Source: Chthoniobacterales bacterium
GTDB lineage: Bacteria > Verrucomicrobiota > Verrucomicrobiia > Chthoniobacterales > Chthoniobacteraceae
Assembly: GCA_038207335.1 (NCBI GenBank)
Contig: JBBQZX010000013.1
Coordinates: 32,001 to 96,000 of the forward strand
Reading direction: 5' to 3'
Length of the DNA: 64,000 bases
Shown here piece by piece: positions 51,209-61,568 of the stretch. The translations under genes and the position numbers were made by a program. Each line of letters opens with the position of its first letter. Position 1 is the first letter of the stretch. A model generated the notes under the pieces. It had not been told where the DNA came from. It was given only the letters and a program-made list of their open reading frames with translations, and made no database searches.

Positions 51209-52279
51209 ATGTCGCGCCCCGGACTCCACCCGCTCCGCGTCGCGCTCGCGATTTTCCTCGCCAGCGCAGTGGCGGCGATGGCGCAGCTCCCGGTGCGCGT
51301 GCTGGACTACAACATTCACCGCGACATCGGCGCGACGGACTCGAATCTCGGGTCGCAGCCGGCGCTCGCGAAGGTGGTGAACTACTTGCGCCCGGATGTT
51401 TGGACGATCAATGAGCTGGGTGGGAACAGCGTGACTTTCAACGAGACGAATGCGCGGACGGCACTCGTGAATTTCATCAACGGCAGTCTCACGATTTTCG
51501 GGGCGAATCCGCAGGTGGGCATCGACTACTTCGTCTATGTCGGCGAGCTGACGGACGGCTACATTACGAACGCGATCGTCTCGCGTTACCCGCTGCTCTC
51601 GACGCAGACTTTCTCCGATGCGGGCAACAGCTACGCGGCTCTGCGCGGGCTCACGATGGCGCTCGTCGATCTGCCGGGGGCGACCGATCTCGGGGTCTTC
51701 ACGGCGCACCTGAAGGCGCAGAATAACACGGCGAGCGCAGAGCGCCGGCAGGCCGAAGCGGACACCGACGCGGCGACGGTGAGCGGGTGGATTTCCGGCC
51801 ACATGAACACGGCAGCGGTGCTCACGGGCGACTGGAACGAGACGGAGGACGCAGGCGAAACGACGAACTGGAGCGCACACCAAATCGGCAACGCGCTGCC
51901 GAGCAACGGGAAGCCGTATCATCCGATCACGACGATGAAATCGACGGGGCTCTTCGATCCGCAGCCGCTGAGCATCGCGGGGAAGAAGGACACCATCGAC
52001 TCCGCGAGTCCGAATGCGCGGTTCGACTACCTGCTCTACACGCCCGGATCGCTCAGTATCACGCGCAGCGAAATCTTCGACACGAAGCAATACTCCGCCT
52101 CCGCGCTCGCCGGGCTGAACTCCACGAACTCGACGAACTTCACCGCGGGCGACAGCGCGAGCGCGTCGGATCACCTGCCGGTCTTCGCGGTTTTTATGGT
52201 CGTGCCGGAGCCGTCGGTCGCGGTGTTTCTCGTCATGGGAATTTGCGCGGCTGGAGCGATGCGGCGGCGTCGCGGGTGA
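51209..52279 (+). CDS. Secreted endonuclease/exonuclease/phosphatase-family protein with PEP-CTERM anchor
   Basis: Signal peptide, EEP motifs YNI, NE, HLK, GDWN, FDY and SDHLP, then VPEPS plus TM plus RRRRG. Confidence 0.88.
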   Translation: MSRPGLHPLRVALAIFLASAVAAMAQLPVRVLDYNIHRDIGATDSNLGSQPALAKVVNYLRPDVWTINELGGNSVTFNETNARTALVNFINGSLTIFGANPQVGIDYFVYVGELTDGYITNAIVSRYPLLSTQTFSDAGNSYAALRGLTMALVDLPGATDLGVFTAHLKAQNNTASAERRQAEADTDAATVSGWISGHMNTAAVLTGDWNETEDAGETTNWSAHQIGNALPSNGKPYHPITTMKSTGLFDPQPLSIAGKKDTIDSASPNARFDYLLYTPGSLSITRSEIFDTKQYSASALAGLNSTNSTNFTAGDSASASDHLPVFAVFMVVPEPSVAVFLVMGICAAGAMRRRRG

Positions 52280-52486
52280 CGAAGCGGCGTCGTTTCGAGG
52301 GGCGAAAGTAACGATTGCGCGAAGATGGCAGATGCCGTTTGCGCATCCCGAAATCCGCCGTAAAAGAAGCCCCGTCACCGCGCTCACTCGAGCCTCCGAT
52401 GACCGCCGACAGCCCCCCGCTGGCGTTTACTTTCCGCGACCGCCAAATCCGCAATTTACTGCAAACAACACAAGCACTACGCCCGC

Positions 52487-55129
52487 ATGAAAAACGCACA
52501 CATCATCCGACGCCAATCACGCCGCATCATCTCGACTCCAATCCACCGCGATCTTACTCGCTGGCTCAGCGGAGCGGTCCTTTCGCTGGGGTTCTTGTCA
52601 AGCGGCTATGGGGCGATCGTCGCTGGGTGGGATTTCAACCCTGTCTTGGCAGGAGGTGCATCTCCATTGGGCGCGAACACATTCCTTCCGAACGAAACAG
52701 TCGGCGGACTCACTCGCGGCAGCGGGCTGACGAGCACGGGCACAGGCGGAGCGGACCGCGGCTTCGGGACTGCATCCTGGAACACCGCGGTGGATGCGGC
52801 TGCCGCTGTCGCGAACAATGACTTCATCACGTTCACGATCGCACCGTCAGCGGGATACATGCTTTCGCTGGATAGCTTCTCGCTTTTTCAATACCGGCGC
52901 TCGGCCACTGGCCCCACGAACGGCACGCTGCAATTTCAAATCGGCACCGGCGCATATTCCGATATCACGACGCTGAATTATACATCGACGAGCACCAGCG
53001 GCGCGTCGCTCCCGCTGATCGATTTGACTGGAATTCCGGCGCTGCAAAACGTTGCACCGCAAACCACCGTCACTTTCCGCATCTCCAATTACGGTGCGAC
53101 GAGCACTGCAGGCACATTTTACCTTTTTGACGCCGGCACGGACCCTGGAGTCGACGACTTCGTGCTGAACGGCACACTTGGTCTGGTGCCGGCGATGGGC
53201 ATTTTCTTCGGCACGACCGGGCAGGGCGTAAATGCAGGCTCGACCGTCTTCGACACGACGACACTCGACTTTAACCCGACCAATGACGGATTGGGGACGG
53301 CGCGAGCGTTCGACTCCAGCAAGACCGCGGTCTTCGGCGGCACCGCGGGCACGGTCACGGTCGGCACGGTTACCGCGAACGCCGGGCTGCAATTCACGAC
53401 GACTGGCTACACGCTGAACAGCGGCGCTCTCACTCTCGGCACGGTGCCCACGGTCGATGTCACAACTGTCGGCGCGGTGGGCACGATTAATAGCGCAATC
53501 TCCGGCGCGGCAGGGCTCACGAAGATCGGCCCGGGCATCCTCGCGCTCGGTGGTATCAATGATTTCACAGGGACTGCGACGATCAGTGCCGGGACGCTTA
53601 AAATTTCCACCGATGAAAATCTCGGCAACCAGAACAACGCGATCGTGCTCGTCGCTGGCGGCACGCTTCAGGTCGCAACAGATGTGGCGCTCTCGCCGCT
53701 TCGCGCGCTCAGCGGGTCGGGCGGAATCGACGTGGCGGCGGGGAAAACGCTCACCCTTTTCGGGGTGGTGACTGCGACGGCACTCACGCTCCCAAGCGCC
53801 GGCACCCTCGATCTTCAAAATCCGACCAACGCGATCAACGGCCTCACGATCAGCGCCGCGGCCACACTCACCGGCGCTGCAGTCTCGCTGCCCGGCGACA
53901 TCACGGCGACGCAGTCAGCAGGCACCGCGACGATCGCGAATCCGCTCAACTTTGGCGGCACCTCGGGCACTATCCGCGTGCTCACCGTCGCCGATGGCTC
54001 GGCACCTGTGGACTTGCTCCTGAGCGGCGACATCGTGAGTGCCTCGCGGCTCAGTAAACGCGGACCGGGAACGCTCCGTCTGACAGGAAACAATGGCGGC
54101 GTGGACGGCCTCACCGGGATGACTGGCGGCACTCAGCTCGGCGTTGCGGGCACCGCTCCGATCGTCGGCGGGCGGCTCGTGATCGGCAATAAATACGCCA
54201 TCGGCAGCGGCAGCTTGCAGTTCAACGATGGTACGCTCGAAGCAGAGTCCGACCTGACCGGAACGAACGCGCTCCCGGTCACGCTTTCCCTCGGCGCCGG
54301 GCAGGTGAATAGCGCGACTTTCACCGGCTCGGACATCGAGATCACAGGAGCAGTTTCCATGTTCCGCGCAACCGGTGTGGCGACTGGCTATGCGCATCGC
54401 ATTACCGTTCAAAATCACCTCACCTTCTCCGGTTCATTCAACGCGAGCACGGGTTCTGGCGGCACAATTCCACTGCTGAGGATCGACGGCTCCGCATCCG
54501 GCGTGCTCACGCTTGCCGCTGCCTCCAATGCGGTCGCGGAAGGCTTCGTCGTGGACGGTCCCACGCTCGTTGTCGCGGGCTCACTGAGCGCGGATTTTGT
54601 GACGGTAAACTCCGGCGCTCTGCGCGCAGGCAATGGCTCCGCGTTTCACACGATCTTCGCCGGCGACGGCGTCGGCTCCAGCGACGCCACGCTCGCCTTC
54701 AACAGCGCGACGCCGGGCACCTCCACCGTCTCCACGGGTCTCTCGCTCGGCTCCGACGCCACACTGCAAATCCGCATCAACTCTGACCTCGGCCTCATCG
54801 ACACCTTCTCCGTCGCCGGCGGCATCACGCTCGGCGATGCCGCCGGCCTGCCGATTCTCTCGTTGAATGTCCTCGGCTCCACTCCGCTGGCGCTGGGAAC
54901 CGAGTTCACATTCTTGAATTCGCAGACCGCTGCCGATCCATTCATCGGCACATTTCGCAATCTTGCTGACCTCGCGCAAATCACCTCGAACGGCACCCGT
55001 TTCGAGATCGACTACAACGCCGGCCCTGACCTCAACGACACGATCCTGCGCGTCATCCCCGAGCCCTCGAGCATCTTGCTTTTGAACCTCGGCGTTGTCC
55101 TCCTCGGCCTCCGCCGCAAGCGCGCATGA
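52487..55129 (+). CDS. PEP-CTERM surface protein with autotransporter-associated beta-strand repeats
   Basis: G/T/A-rich sequence with LTKIGPGILALGGINDFTG and SKRGPGTLRLTGNN repeats, C-terminal IPEPS-TM-RRKRA. Confidence 0.88.
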   Translation: MKNAHIIRRQSRRIISTPIHRDLTRWLSGAVLSLGFLSSGYGAIVAGWDFNPVLAGGASPLGANTFLPNETVGGLTRGSGLTSTGTGGADRGFGTASWNTAVDAAAAVANNDFITFTIAPSAGYMLSLDSFSLFQYRRSATGPTNGTLQFQIGTGAYSDITTLNYTSTSTSGASLPLIDLTGIPALQNVAPQTTVTFRISNYGATSTAGTFYLFDAGTDPGVDDFVLNGTLGLVPAMGIFFGTTGQGVNAGSTVFDTTTLDFNPTNDGLGTARAFDSSKTAVFGGTAGTVTVGTVTANAGLQFTTTGYTLNSGALTLGTVPTVDVTTVGAVGTINSAISGAAGLTKIGPGILALGGINDFTGTATISAGTLKISTDENLGNQNNAIVLVAGGTLQVATDVALSPLRALSGSGGIDVAAGKTLTLFGVVTATALTLPSAGTLDLQNPTNAINGLTISAAATLTGAAVSLPGDITATQSAGTATIANPLNFGGTSGTIRVLTVADGSAPVDLLLSGDIVSASRLSKRGPGTLRLTGNNGGVDGLTGMTGGTQLGVAGTAPIVGGRLVIGNKYAIGSGSLQFNDGTLEAESDLTGTNALPVTLSLGAGQVNSATFTGSDIEITGAVSMFRATGVATGYAHRITVQNHLTFSGSFNASTGSGGTIPLLRIDGSASGVLTLAAASNAVAEGFVVDGPTLVVAGSLSADFVTVNSGALRAGNGSAFHTIFAGDGVGSSDATLAFNSATPGTSTVSTGLSLGSDATLQIRINSDLGLIDTFSVAGGITLGDAAGLPILSLNVLGSTPLALGTEFTFLNSQTAADPFIGTFRNLADLAQITSNGTRFEIDYNAGPDLNDTILRVIPEPSSILLLNLGVVLLGLRRKRA

Positions 55130-55287
55130 GAGCCAATTGAGTGAGGCGGCATAGAAGAGCGGAGCGGGGAAATCTTCGCGAACGGCATCCTGCCGACCTC
55201 CCGCGCCTCGCTCCAATGCCGCACCCGCGCTTCTGCCAATCACCTCGACGCTGAAATATGGCGGTTCACTTTTTTCTTGCGCGCTGA

Positions 55288-55304
55288 ACTTTGCGTGACA
55301 AAGT
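55288..55304. promoter_or_regulatory. Palindromic operator ACTTTG-N5-CAAAGT
   Basis: Perfect 6-5-6 palindrome 7 bp before the ATG at 55312. A second copy lies upstream of ispH. Confidence 0.7.
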
Positions 55305-55311
55305 AAAGCCC

Positions 55312-56016
55312 ATGACAGAACGCGCCGCAGCCGAGGAACATCTCCGCGTCATCCGCTCGCTGATGGAGCGCTCGACCATCTACCGCGCCATCTCCGCCGA
55401 AGCCGCCGCCGTCGGAGGCGTCCTCGCGATCATCGCTTCCTTCGCATTTGGAAACTGGCTGCCCTGGCGCGCGGATGCTGTATCGTCGGCAAGTGGTCTG
55501 GGCGCCGGGAAGTTCCTCGCGGTCTGGATCGCGACGTTGATCTTCGCCGCAGGCGCGAACCTGCTCTTTGTTTACCGCGCATCGACACGACGGAATGAGC
55601 CGTTCGTTTCGAGCGGAATGAAGCTCGCGATCCTGGCTTTGCTTCCCGGTTTCCTCGTCGCGGCTTGGCTGACATTTCACATCTTCTTCGGCGACGAGAC
55701 CGCCTGCGTTCCTGTTTGGATCACTTGTTACGGATTGGCCTTGCTCGCTACGAAATCGTTTGCACCGAGTTCTTTGGTGAGGCTCGGCTGGGCCTTTCTG
55801 CTGGCAGGTCTGCTGTCCCTCGACGTAGTTACCTTCACCTTCGCAGAGTCTTTCTCGAAACTTCCGACGGGCGTTGAAATCGCTCGCGTCAGCAGGAACC
55901 ATCTCGACATCGCGAACGGCCTCATGGCCGTTACCTTCGGCCTTTTCCACCTCATCTACGCTGCCTGCACTTGGCCGCGCGGTGCCGCGCGCGGCGAGCC
56001 CGTCGCGAAGCCATGA
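55312..56016 (+). CDS. Hypothetical multi-pass membrane protein
   Basis: About six hydrophobic segments, HLRVIRSLMERS and FGLFHLIY motifs, directly upstream of the wHTH gene. Confidence 0.8.
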   Translation: MTERAAAEEHLRVIRSLMERSTIYRAISAEAAAVGGVLAIIASFAFGNWLPWRADAVSSASGLGAGKFLAVWIATLIFAAGANLLFVYRASTRRNEPFVSSGMKLAILALLPGFLVAAWLTFHIFFGDETACVPVWITCYGLALLATKSFAPSSLVRLGWAFLLAGLLSLDVVTFTFAESFSKLPTGVEIARVSRNHLDIANGLMAVTFGLFHLIYAACTWPRGAARGEPVAKP

Positions 56017-56020
56017 CCCG

Positions 56021-56317
56021 ATGTTCGACTTCGATAAACTCGACCGGACCATCCATGAAAAAGGTCGCCTCGGCATCATGACCCTCCTCGCCACGCGGCC
56101 GAGTTGGCCGTTCCAAGACCTCAAGGCGGAACTCGGCATGAGCGACGGAAATCTGGTCACGCATCTGCGCACGTTGCACCAGGCCGGCTATATCGCCGTC
56201 ACCAAGGAAATCCTCGACCGGCCGCAGACGAGCTACTCTCTCACCGTGAAAGGGCGCGCCGCATTTCAGGAATATCTCGGCGTGCTCGAACAGATCGTGA
56301 AAGCCGGACGCCGCTGA
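56021..56317 (+). CDS. Winged-helix transcriptional regulator (HTH_34-type)
   Basis: IHEKGRLGIM, FQDLK..LGMSDGNL..H and RPQTSYSLT..GR..F..Y motifs. Confidence 0.88.
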   Translation: MFDFDKLDRTIHEKGRLGIMTLLATRPSWPFQDLKAELGMSDGNLVTHLRTLHQAGYIAVTKEILDRPQTSYSLTVKGRAAFQEYLGVLEQIVKAGRR

Positions 56318-56333
56318 TTTTTTTTGCATTCAA

Positions 56334-56350
56334 ACTTTGCCACACAAAGC
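56334..56350. promoter_or_regulatory. Second operator copy ACTTTG-N5-CAAAGC
   Basis: 11 of 12 arm positions match the site at 55288, also 7 bp before an ATG (56358). Confidence 0.65.
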
Positions 56351-56357
56351 AGTCCCT

Positions 56358-57221
56358 ATGAAGATCAAAATCGCAACCCACTACGGAGTCTGCTTCGGCG
56401 TCCGCGATGCCATCGCGCAGGCCGAGCAGCTCGCCGAAAACGTCCCGCTCACGATCCTCGGCGAGCTCGTCCACAACCCCGTCGTCCGTGACCGCCTGGC
56501 ACGTCGCGGCGTCCGCGAGTCGCGCCTCGCGGACACAAGCAGTGCGAGCACATCGCACGTCATGATCACAGCCCACGGTGCATCCGACACCGCCCGCGAA
56601 GCATGGCGGCAATCCGGCGCGACGGTCGCCGACGGCACATGCCCGCTCGTCCGCCACGCACACCAAAAGCTCGCGGCATTCGTTGCGCTCGGCTTCACGC
56701 CCGTAGTCATCGGCCAGCGCGGACATACCGAAGTCGAGGGGCTCATCGGCGATTTTCCCGGCGCATTGGTGCTGGAAAATGAGGCCGATATTCTCCACCT
56801 CCCACAAGCCGCGCGGCTCGGAATCATCAGCCAGACAACGCAACCGATCGACCGCGTCCGCGCGCTCGTCGAAGCGGTACGGCGTGCGCGACCGGGCAGC
56901 GAAATTCAATTCGCCGACACCGTCTGCCAGCCGACAAAAAACCGCCAAATTGCGCTGCAAAAACTGATTGCCGAATGCGACACGATCGTCGTGGTCGGTG
57001 GCCGCAATAGCAACAACACGCGCCAGCTCGCCGCCGCCGCGCAGGCCGCCGGGCGCGCCACTTTCCACATCGAAAAGCCCGCCGACATTGATCCTGTCTG
57101 GTTCCGCGAGGCCCGCGTCGTCGGCATCACCGCCGGCACATCCACGCTGAAAGAAACGGTCGCGGAAGTCCGCAAACAGCTCGACGAGATCGCAGCGCAG
57201 TCCTCCATCGCAAATTCATGA
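56358..57221 (+). CDS. ispH: 4-hydroxy-3-methylbut-2-enyl diphosphate reductase
   Basis: GVCFGV, VHN, AHG, DGTCPLV, HTEV, QTT, DTVC, SNN and TAGTST motifs. Confidence 0.93.
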   Translation: MKIKIATHYGVCFGVRDAIAQAEQLAENVPLTILGELVHNPVVRDRLARRGVRESRLADTSSASTSHVMITAHGASDTAREAWRQSGATVADGTCPLVRHAHQKLAAFVALGFTPVVIGQRGHTEVEGLIGDFPGALVLENEADILHLPQAARLGIISQTTQPIDRVRALVEAVRRARPGSEIQFADTVCQPTKNRQIALQKLIAECDTIVVVGGRNSNNTRQLAAAAQAAGRATFHIEKPADIDPVWFREARVVGITAGTSTLKETVAEVRKQLDEIAAQSSIANS

Positions 57222-58786
57222 AAGATATCCCCGTTCCCGCTCCGCGCATGAGTTCGCCATACCCGCCACTATCTGCCCAGCCTCCGAAACCGCCCCAGCC
57301 GATCGGGAACAGTTTGCTCATCATGCTTGCGGCTCTTTGCATCGGGGACTTTTTACTTTGGCGCGCACGGCCCGGTCTTTCTCTCGCGATTTTCACCGCG
57401 ATCCTGACGGTGCTCCTCGCCGCCGTGTGCGGCAGAAAAGCAAGCGCCGCGCGCGTGTGGTGCGCCGCGGGTCTGCTGCTGATCGCGTGCGTGCAGACCG
57501 CGATCGATATCTGCTTCACGAATGTGGCGGTCGTCATCGCTCTCCTGCTCATTTTGCTCGGTGAGACTTCGTTTGGAAAGCTCCCCGCCGGCTGGGCACG
57601 TTGGTGGGAGGCGTTCGTCTCGCTGTGCTGCGCGCCGGGCCGCTGGTTCTGGCTTGCGAACGCGCTGGCGCGACCTGCGGCCGCAGGCGGCGTGCCGGGG
57701 CGAAGTCATGCCGCGGCGGCGAGTCGCTGGTTTCGCATCCTCGCACCCGCAGCAGTGCTGACGGTGATCTTCGCGATCCTGCTGGGGCAGGGGAATGCGA
57801 TCCTCGGCGCTTGGTTTTTTCGCGCGTGGACGGTATTCACGCGCTGGATTGCGAGCTTCGATCTCTCGGCTGAGCGGATCGTCTTTTGGGTCTTCCTCTC
57901 GACATTTTTGCTCGCGCTTTTTCGTCCGCGCCCCGGGCCGGACAAAGCGCGTCTTTTCACACAGCCGCCAGGCATCTGGCAGCGGGCCGACCCGACGCTC
58001 GCACGCTGGCAGAGCCTCGCGGTGCTCGCGATTTTGAACGTGCTCTTCTTTGTCGCGAACACGATCGACGCGATCTATCTCTGGCATAGTCAGCGAATCC
58101 CGGATGGCGTTTTGAACAAGGCGTTTGTCCACGCGGGAACGAACAGCCTCATAACCGCGACGATTCTCTCCGCGCTCGTGCTCTGCGCGATTTTCCAGCA
58201 GCAGAGAGCGCTCTCCAGGAACCGTGTCCTGCGCGGACTCGCGCACGTCTGGGTCGTGCAAAATCTCGTGCTCCTCGCCGGCGTCGGCCTGCGGCTCAAG
58301 CTCTACTACGACGAGACGCATCTGCTCACGGCAACGCGAATTCACCTCGCGTGCTTTCTCGCTCTGGTCACGCTCGGCTTCCTTTTTCTCGTCCTCCACA
58401 TCGAGCGCGGGCCGGATTTGCGGCGTCTCATTTGGAGAAATGCGGTGGCTGTTTTCGTCCTTTTTTACGCACTCCAGTTCATCGACACAACGGGCATCGC
58501 CGCGCGGTGGAATGCGGGAAAATGGTTGCGCGATCCGGCGTGGGGCCTCGGCTACCCGTATCTCCTGGAGCAGGGTGAGGACGCGTGGCCGTCGTTGTTG
58601 AAAGTGGCGGCAGCGGATCGCTCGGAATCCTTTGTGGATGAGGCGCGGACGCAGGTCGGAGAGATTGCGTCCCGCGAGAGCAAGCGGCTGAGTCATCAGG
58701 ATTGGCGAGAGATTCAGTGGCGTCGCGACCGGAACGCGCGGGAGGTGATCGCCGCCGCCGCCGCAGTGGAGCGACTCGCCCGCTAA
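57218..58786 (+). CDS. DUF4153/DUF4173-like multi-pass membrane protein
   Basis: More than 10 TM segments, RLKLYY...LTATRI motif, ATGA overlap with ispH. Confidence 0.75.
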   Translation: MKDIPVPAPRMSSPYPPLSAQPPKPPQPIGNSLLIMLAALCIGDFLLWRARPGLSLAIFTAILTVLLAAVCGRKASAARVWCAAGLLLIACVQTAIDICFTNVAVVIALLLILLGETSFGKLPAGWARWWEAFVSLCCAPGRWFWLANALARPAAAGGVPGRSHAAAASRWFRILAPAAVLTVIFAILLGQGNAILGAWFFRAWTVFTRWIASFDLSAERIVFWVFLSTFLLALFRPRPGPDKARLFTQPPGIWQRADPTLARWQSLAVLAILNVLFFVANTIDAIYLWHSQRIPDGVLNKAFVHAGTNSLITATILSALVLCAIFQQQRALSRNRVLRGLAHVWVVQNLVLLAGVGLRLKLYYDETHLLTATRIHLACFLALVTLGFLFLVLHIERGPDLRRLIWRNAVAVFVLFYALQFIDTTGIAARWNAGKWLRDPAWGLGYPYLLEQGEDAWPSLLKVAAADRSESFVDEARTQVGEIASRESKRLSHQDWREIQWRRDRNAREVIAAAAAVERLAR

Positions 58787-58861
58787 GATTGCGGATTTCA
58801 GCGGGTCGTGAATGATGCGGCTGCCGAATTCCCGGCAGCCCCAAAACACATCCCCAAATAC

Positions 58862-60286
58862 ATGACACCAAATCCGTTCCTCACATCACGCCGCGCCTTT
58901 TTGAAAGGGCTCACCGTCACCACCGCTGGCGGCATCATTTTACCCAATATCCTCCGAGCGCAGGACGGCGTGCCGCCGAGCAAAAAGCTCGGCATCGCGT
59001 GCATTGGCGTTGGCGGAAAAGGCTGGTCTGACATGGAAGGTGCGGCGAAGGGAAATGAAGTCGTGGCCATCTGCGACGTGGACTCGAACAACCTCGCGAA
59101 GGCGGCGCAGAAATTTCCCGGTGCACGGCAGTTTAGCGACTTTCGCAAAATGCTCGATGAAGTGAAATCGATCGACGCCGTGACGGTCTCGACGCCCGAC
59201 CACGCGCACTATCCGGCGGCGATGCACGCCATCGGACACGGTAAGCACGTCTGCATTCAAAAGCCGCTCGCCAATACGTTGTGGGAGGCGCGGCAGCTTC
59301 ATCTCGCGGCGAAGAAAAAAGGGGTCATCACGCAGATGGGAAATCAGGGCCACACCTACGACGACAATCGCGTGGTGAAAGAGTGGATCGCCGCCGGTGC
59401 GATCGGAAAAGTGAAGGAAGTCCACGTCTGGACGAACCGCCCGATCTGGCCGCAGGGCAAAGAAGTGTCGTTCAAAAAGGGCGAAGTGCCCGCGAATCTC
59501 GACTGGCAGCAGTGGCTCGCCGCGACGCCCGATCACGACTACTCGCCCGACATTCATCCGTTCAAATGGCGCGGTTTCACCGAGTGGGGCGCGGGCGCAT
59601 TTGGCGATATGGGCTGCCATCTCATCGACGCCGCTTCGTATGCGCTCGACCTCGGCGTGCCGCGTTACGTCACTTCGACGAAGGTCGATGACATCACGGA
59701 CATCGCGTGGCCGACCGGCGCGATCGTGAAGATGGAATTCCCGAACGTGAAGGGTCACGGCGACGTGTCGCTGACTTGGTACGAAGGCAAAAAGCCGGAC
59801 GGTTCGCCGTTCCTGCCGGAGTTCCCTGCGTCCGTCGATTTGAACGAATACTTCAAGGACAGCGATCCGAAGAAAAGCGGAAAAGCCACGGCGGGCGGCT
59901 GGTTCATCGTCGGCACCGAAGGCGTGATAATGAACAAATCCGACCAGGCGAAGAACCCGGAGATTTGGCCAAAACAGCGCCGCGAAGCCTTCCTCGCGCA
60001 CCCGCCCGAGAAGACGCTCCCGCGCAGCCCGAAAGCCGGAAACCCGCAGGAGGAGTGGGCGCTCGCGATCAAGAACGGCAAGGCGTTCGATTTCATGTCG
60101 CAGTTCGATTATTCCGTGCCGCTCACGGAGTTGACGCTCATCGGCGGGCTGTCGATGCACTTCGCCGGACAGCGGCTCGACTGGAATTCCGAGAAGCTCG
60201 AAGTGGCGAACGTCGCGGAGGCCAACAAATTCATCAAGCGCGCGAAATATCGCGACGGCTGGGAGTATTCGGCGGACAAAATCTAG
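58862..60286 (+). CDS. Gfo/Idh/MocA oxidoreductase, Tat-exported
   Basis: SRRAFLK Tat motif, IGVGGKG, TPDHAH, QKP and GDMGCH motifs. Confidence 0.92.
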   Translation: MTPNPFLTSRRAFLKGLTVTTAGGIILPNILRAQDGVPPSKKLGIACIGVGGKGWSDMEGAAKGNEVVAICDVDSNNLAKAAQKFPGARQFSDFRKMLDEVKSIDAVTVSTPDHAHYPAAMHAIGHGKHVCIQKPLANTLWEARQLHLAAKKKGVITQMGNQGHTYDDNRVVKEWIAAGAIGKVKEVHVWTNRPIWPQGKEVSFKKGEVPANLDWQQWLAATPDHDYSPDIHPFKWRGFTEWGAGAFGDMGCHLIDAASYALDLGVPRYVTSTKVDDITDIAWPTGAIVKMEFPNVKGHGDVSLTWYEGKKPDGSPFLPEFPASVDLNEYFKDSDPKKSGKATAGGWFIVGTEGVIMNKSDQAKNPEIWPKQRREAFLAHPPEKTLPRSPKAGNPQEEWALAIKNGKAFDFMSQFDYSVPLTELTLIGGLSMHFAGQRLDWNSEKLEVANVAEANKFIKRAKYRDGWEYSADKI

Positions 60287-60315
60287 GCCCGCACCGCGAC
60301 CTTTAGCAGTTCACG

Positions 60316-60351
60316 ATGGGGCGGCCAGATTTCTGGCCGCCCCATTTTTTT
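60316..60351 (+). terminator. Rho-independent terminator
   Basis: ATGGGGCGGCCAGA/TCTGGCCGCCCCAT stem followed by a T run. Confidence 0.85.
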
Positions 60352-60377
60352 GCGTGAATGTCTCGAGCAGAAACCGC

Positions 60378-61358
60378 TCAGAATGCCCAACTCATCGTGG
60401 CGCGCAGGCGGTAATCCGGGACGGCTTGGATGCCCGAGTTGCCGCGGAATACTGGCGCGTCGAGTCCCACTTCGGCGGTGAAGTGGTCGCGCCACGTCCC
60501 CGCAAATTTCGGCCCGAGATAGACGGTGGTCACGGCCGTGTCCTCGGCTTTCGCACCCCGAAATTTGTCTTCGCCTTTCGTTTCCCCGGAGCAGACGAAC
60601 TGCGCGCTGAACGTCTCGTTGTCGCGGTCAAACAAAACGACACCGGGGCCGCCATTCCACAGAAAGTCGTTCGCGTATTGGTAGTCGAAATCACCTTCGC
60701 TGCGGATCGCATACTGCGCGTCCGCCGCGAAAAACGCGCGCTTCCATTTCACGAAAACGCTCCCGCCGACAATGCCGTCGATCGACCCCGAACCGAGTGC
60801 GAGGTCATGCCCATGGATGCCGCTGGGTGTGAGTTCGTGCGAGTGCCCATCACTTTCACCGCCGGAATGGTCGTGGCCTTCCTCGCCCTCCTCAGCAATT
60901 CGGTCGCTGTCGCCGGTCGGAAATTTCACACCACCGCTGAGTTTAGCGACGAAAGTGAAATCTTCACCGCGCCGCTGAAACGGCACCCAACTCAACAGCA
61001 GCGACGTGTCGCCGATGCCGGAGACGTTGCCATTTTCGATGTGATCCTCAGCAGTGCGGCGGAAGCTGCGGTCGATGTAAGGCACATTCACTTGCAGCCC
61101 CAGCGAGCGCGTAAAGTTGAAGCCGACGAAGGCTTGCGTGATCGAGCTGTGGAGATCTTGCCGTTCCTCGTTGTCAATTTTACGGCCGTCGGATTGCAGC
61201 GTGCCGTAGCTGGTGAACTGCTCGGAGGTGCCGAGGTAAAAGCCGGCGCGCGGCTCCCACGGATGATTGACGATCGTGCAACCGCAGAGGTCGCAGGCTG
61301 CGAGACGGGTCGCGCCGAGGAGAGCCAGCGCGATGGTGGAGGTCAGAATGGTTTTCAT
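60378..61358 (-). CDS. Putative outer-membrane beta-barrel, His-rich, N-terminal CxxCxC
   Basis: Signal peptide then CDLCGC, GVKFPTG, HDHSGGESDGHSHE...HGH, LGSGSID, terminal WAF. Confidence 0.8.
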   Translation of the reverse strand: MKTILTSTIALALLGATRLAACDLCGCTIVNHPWEPRAGFYLGTSEQFTSYGTLQSDGRKIDNEERQDLHSSITQAFVGFNFTRSLGLQVNVPYIDRSFRRTAEDHIENGNVSGIGDTSLLLSWVPFQRRGEDFTFVAKLSGGVKFPTGDSDRIAEEGEEGHDHSGGESDGHSHELTPSGIHGHDLALGSGSIDGIVGGSVFVKWKRAFFAADAQYAIRSEGDFDYQYANDFLWNGGPGVVLFDRDNETFSAQFVCSGETKGEDKFRGAKAEDTAVTTVYLGPKFAGTWRDHFTAEVGLDAPVFRGNSGIQAVPDYRLRATMSWAF

Positions 61359-61568
61359 TTTGTTGGAATTTGAGCGGCCATGATGGGCCGCGATGATTTT
61401 TGAGATGCTGCAGTTTTCTGCCCGCGCGCGAGCGCAGGCGTGGAGTGCGCTCGCATAGGCCGCGAGTCGGATGGAGAGCGCGCCGTCGCTCTCCGAGCGC
61501 GAGCAAAGGCACCGAAGGCGCGGTGCCGGAAGAGCCGCGAAAAGCGGCCCGCCAAGGTGCTCCGACCG

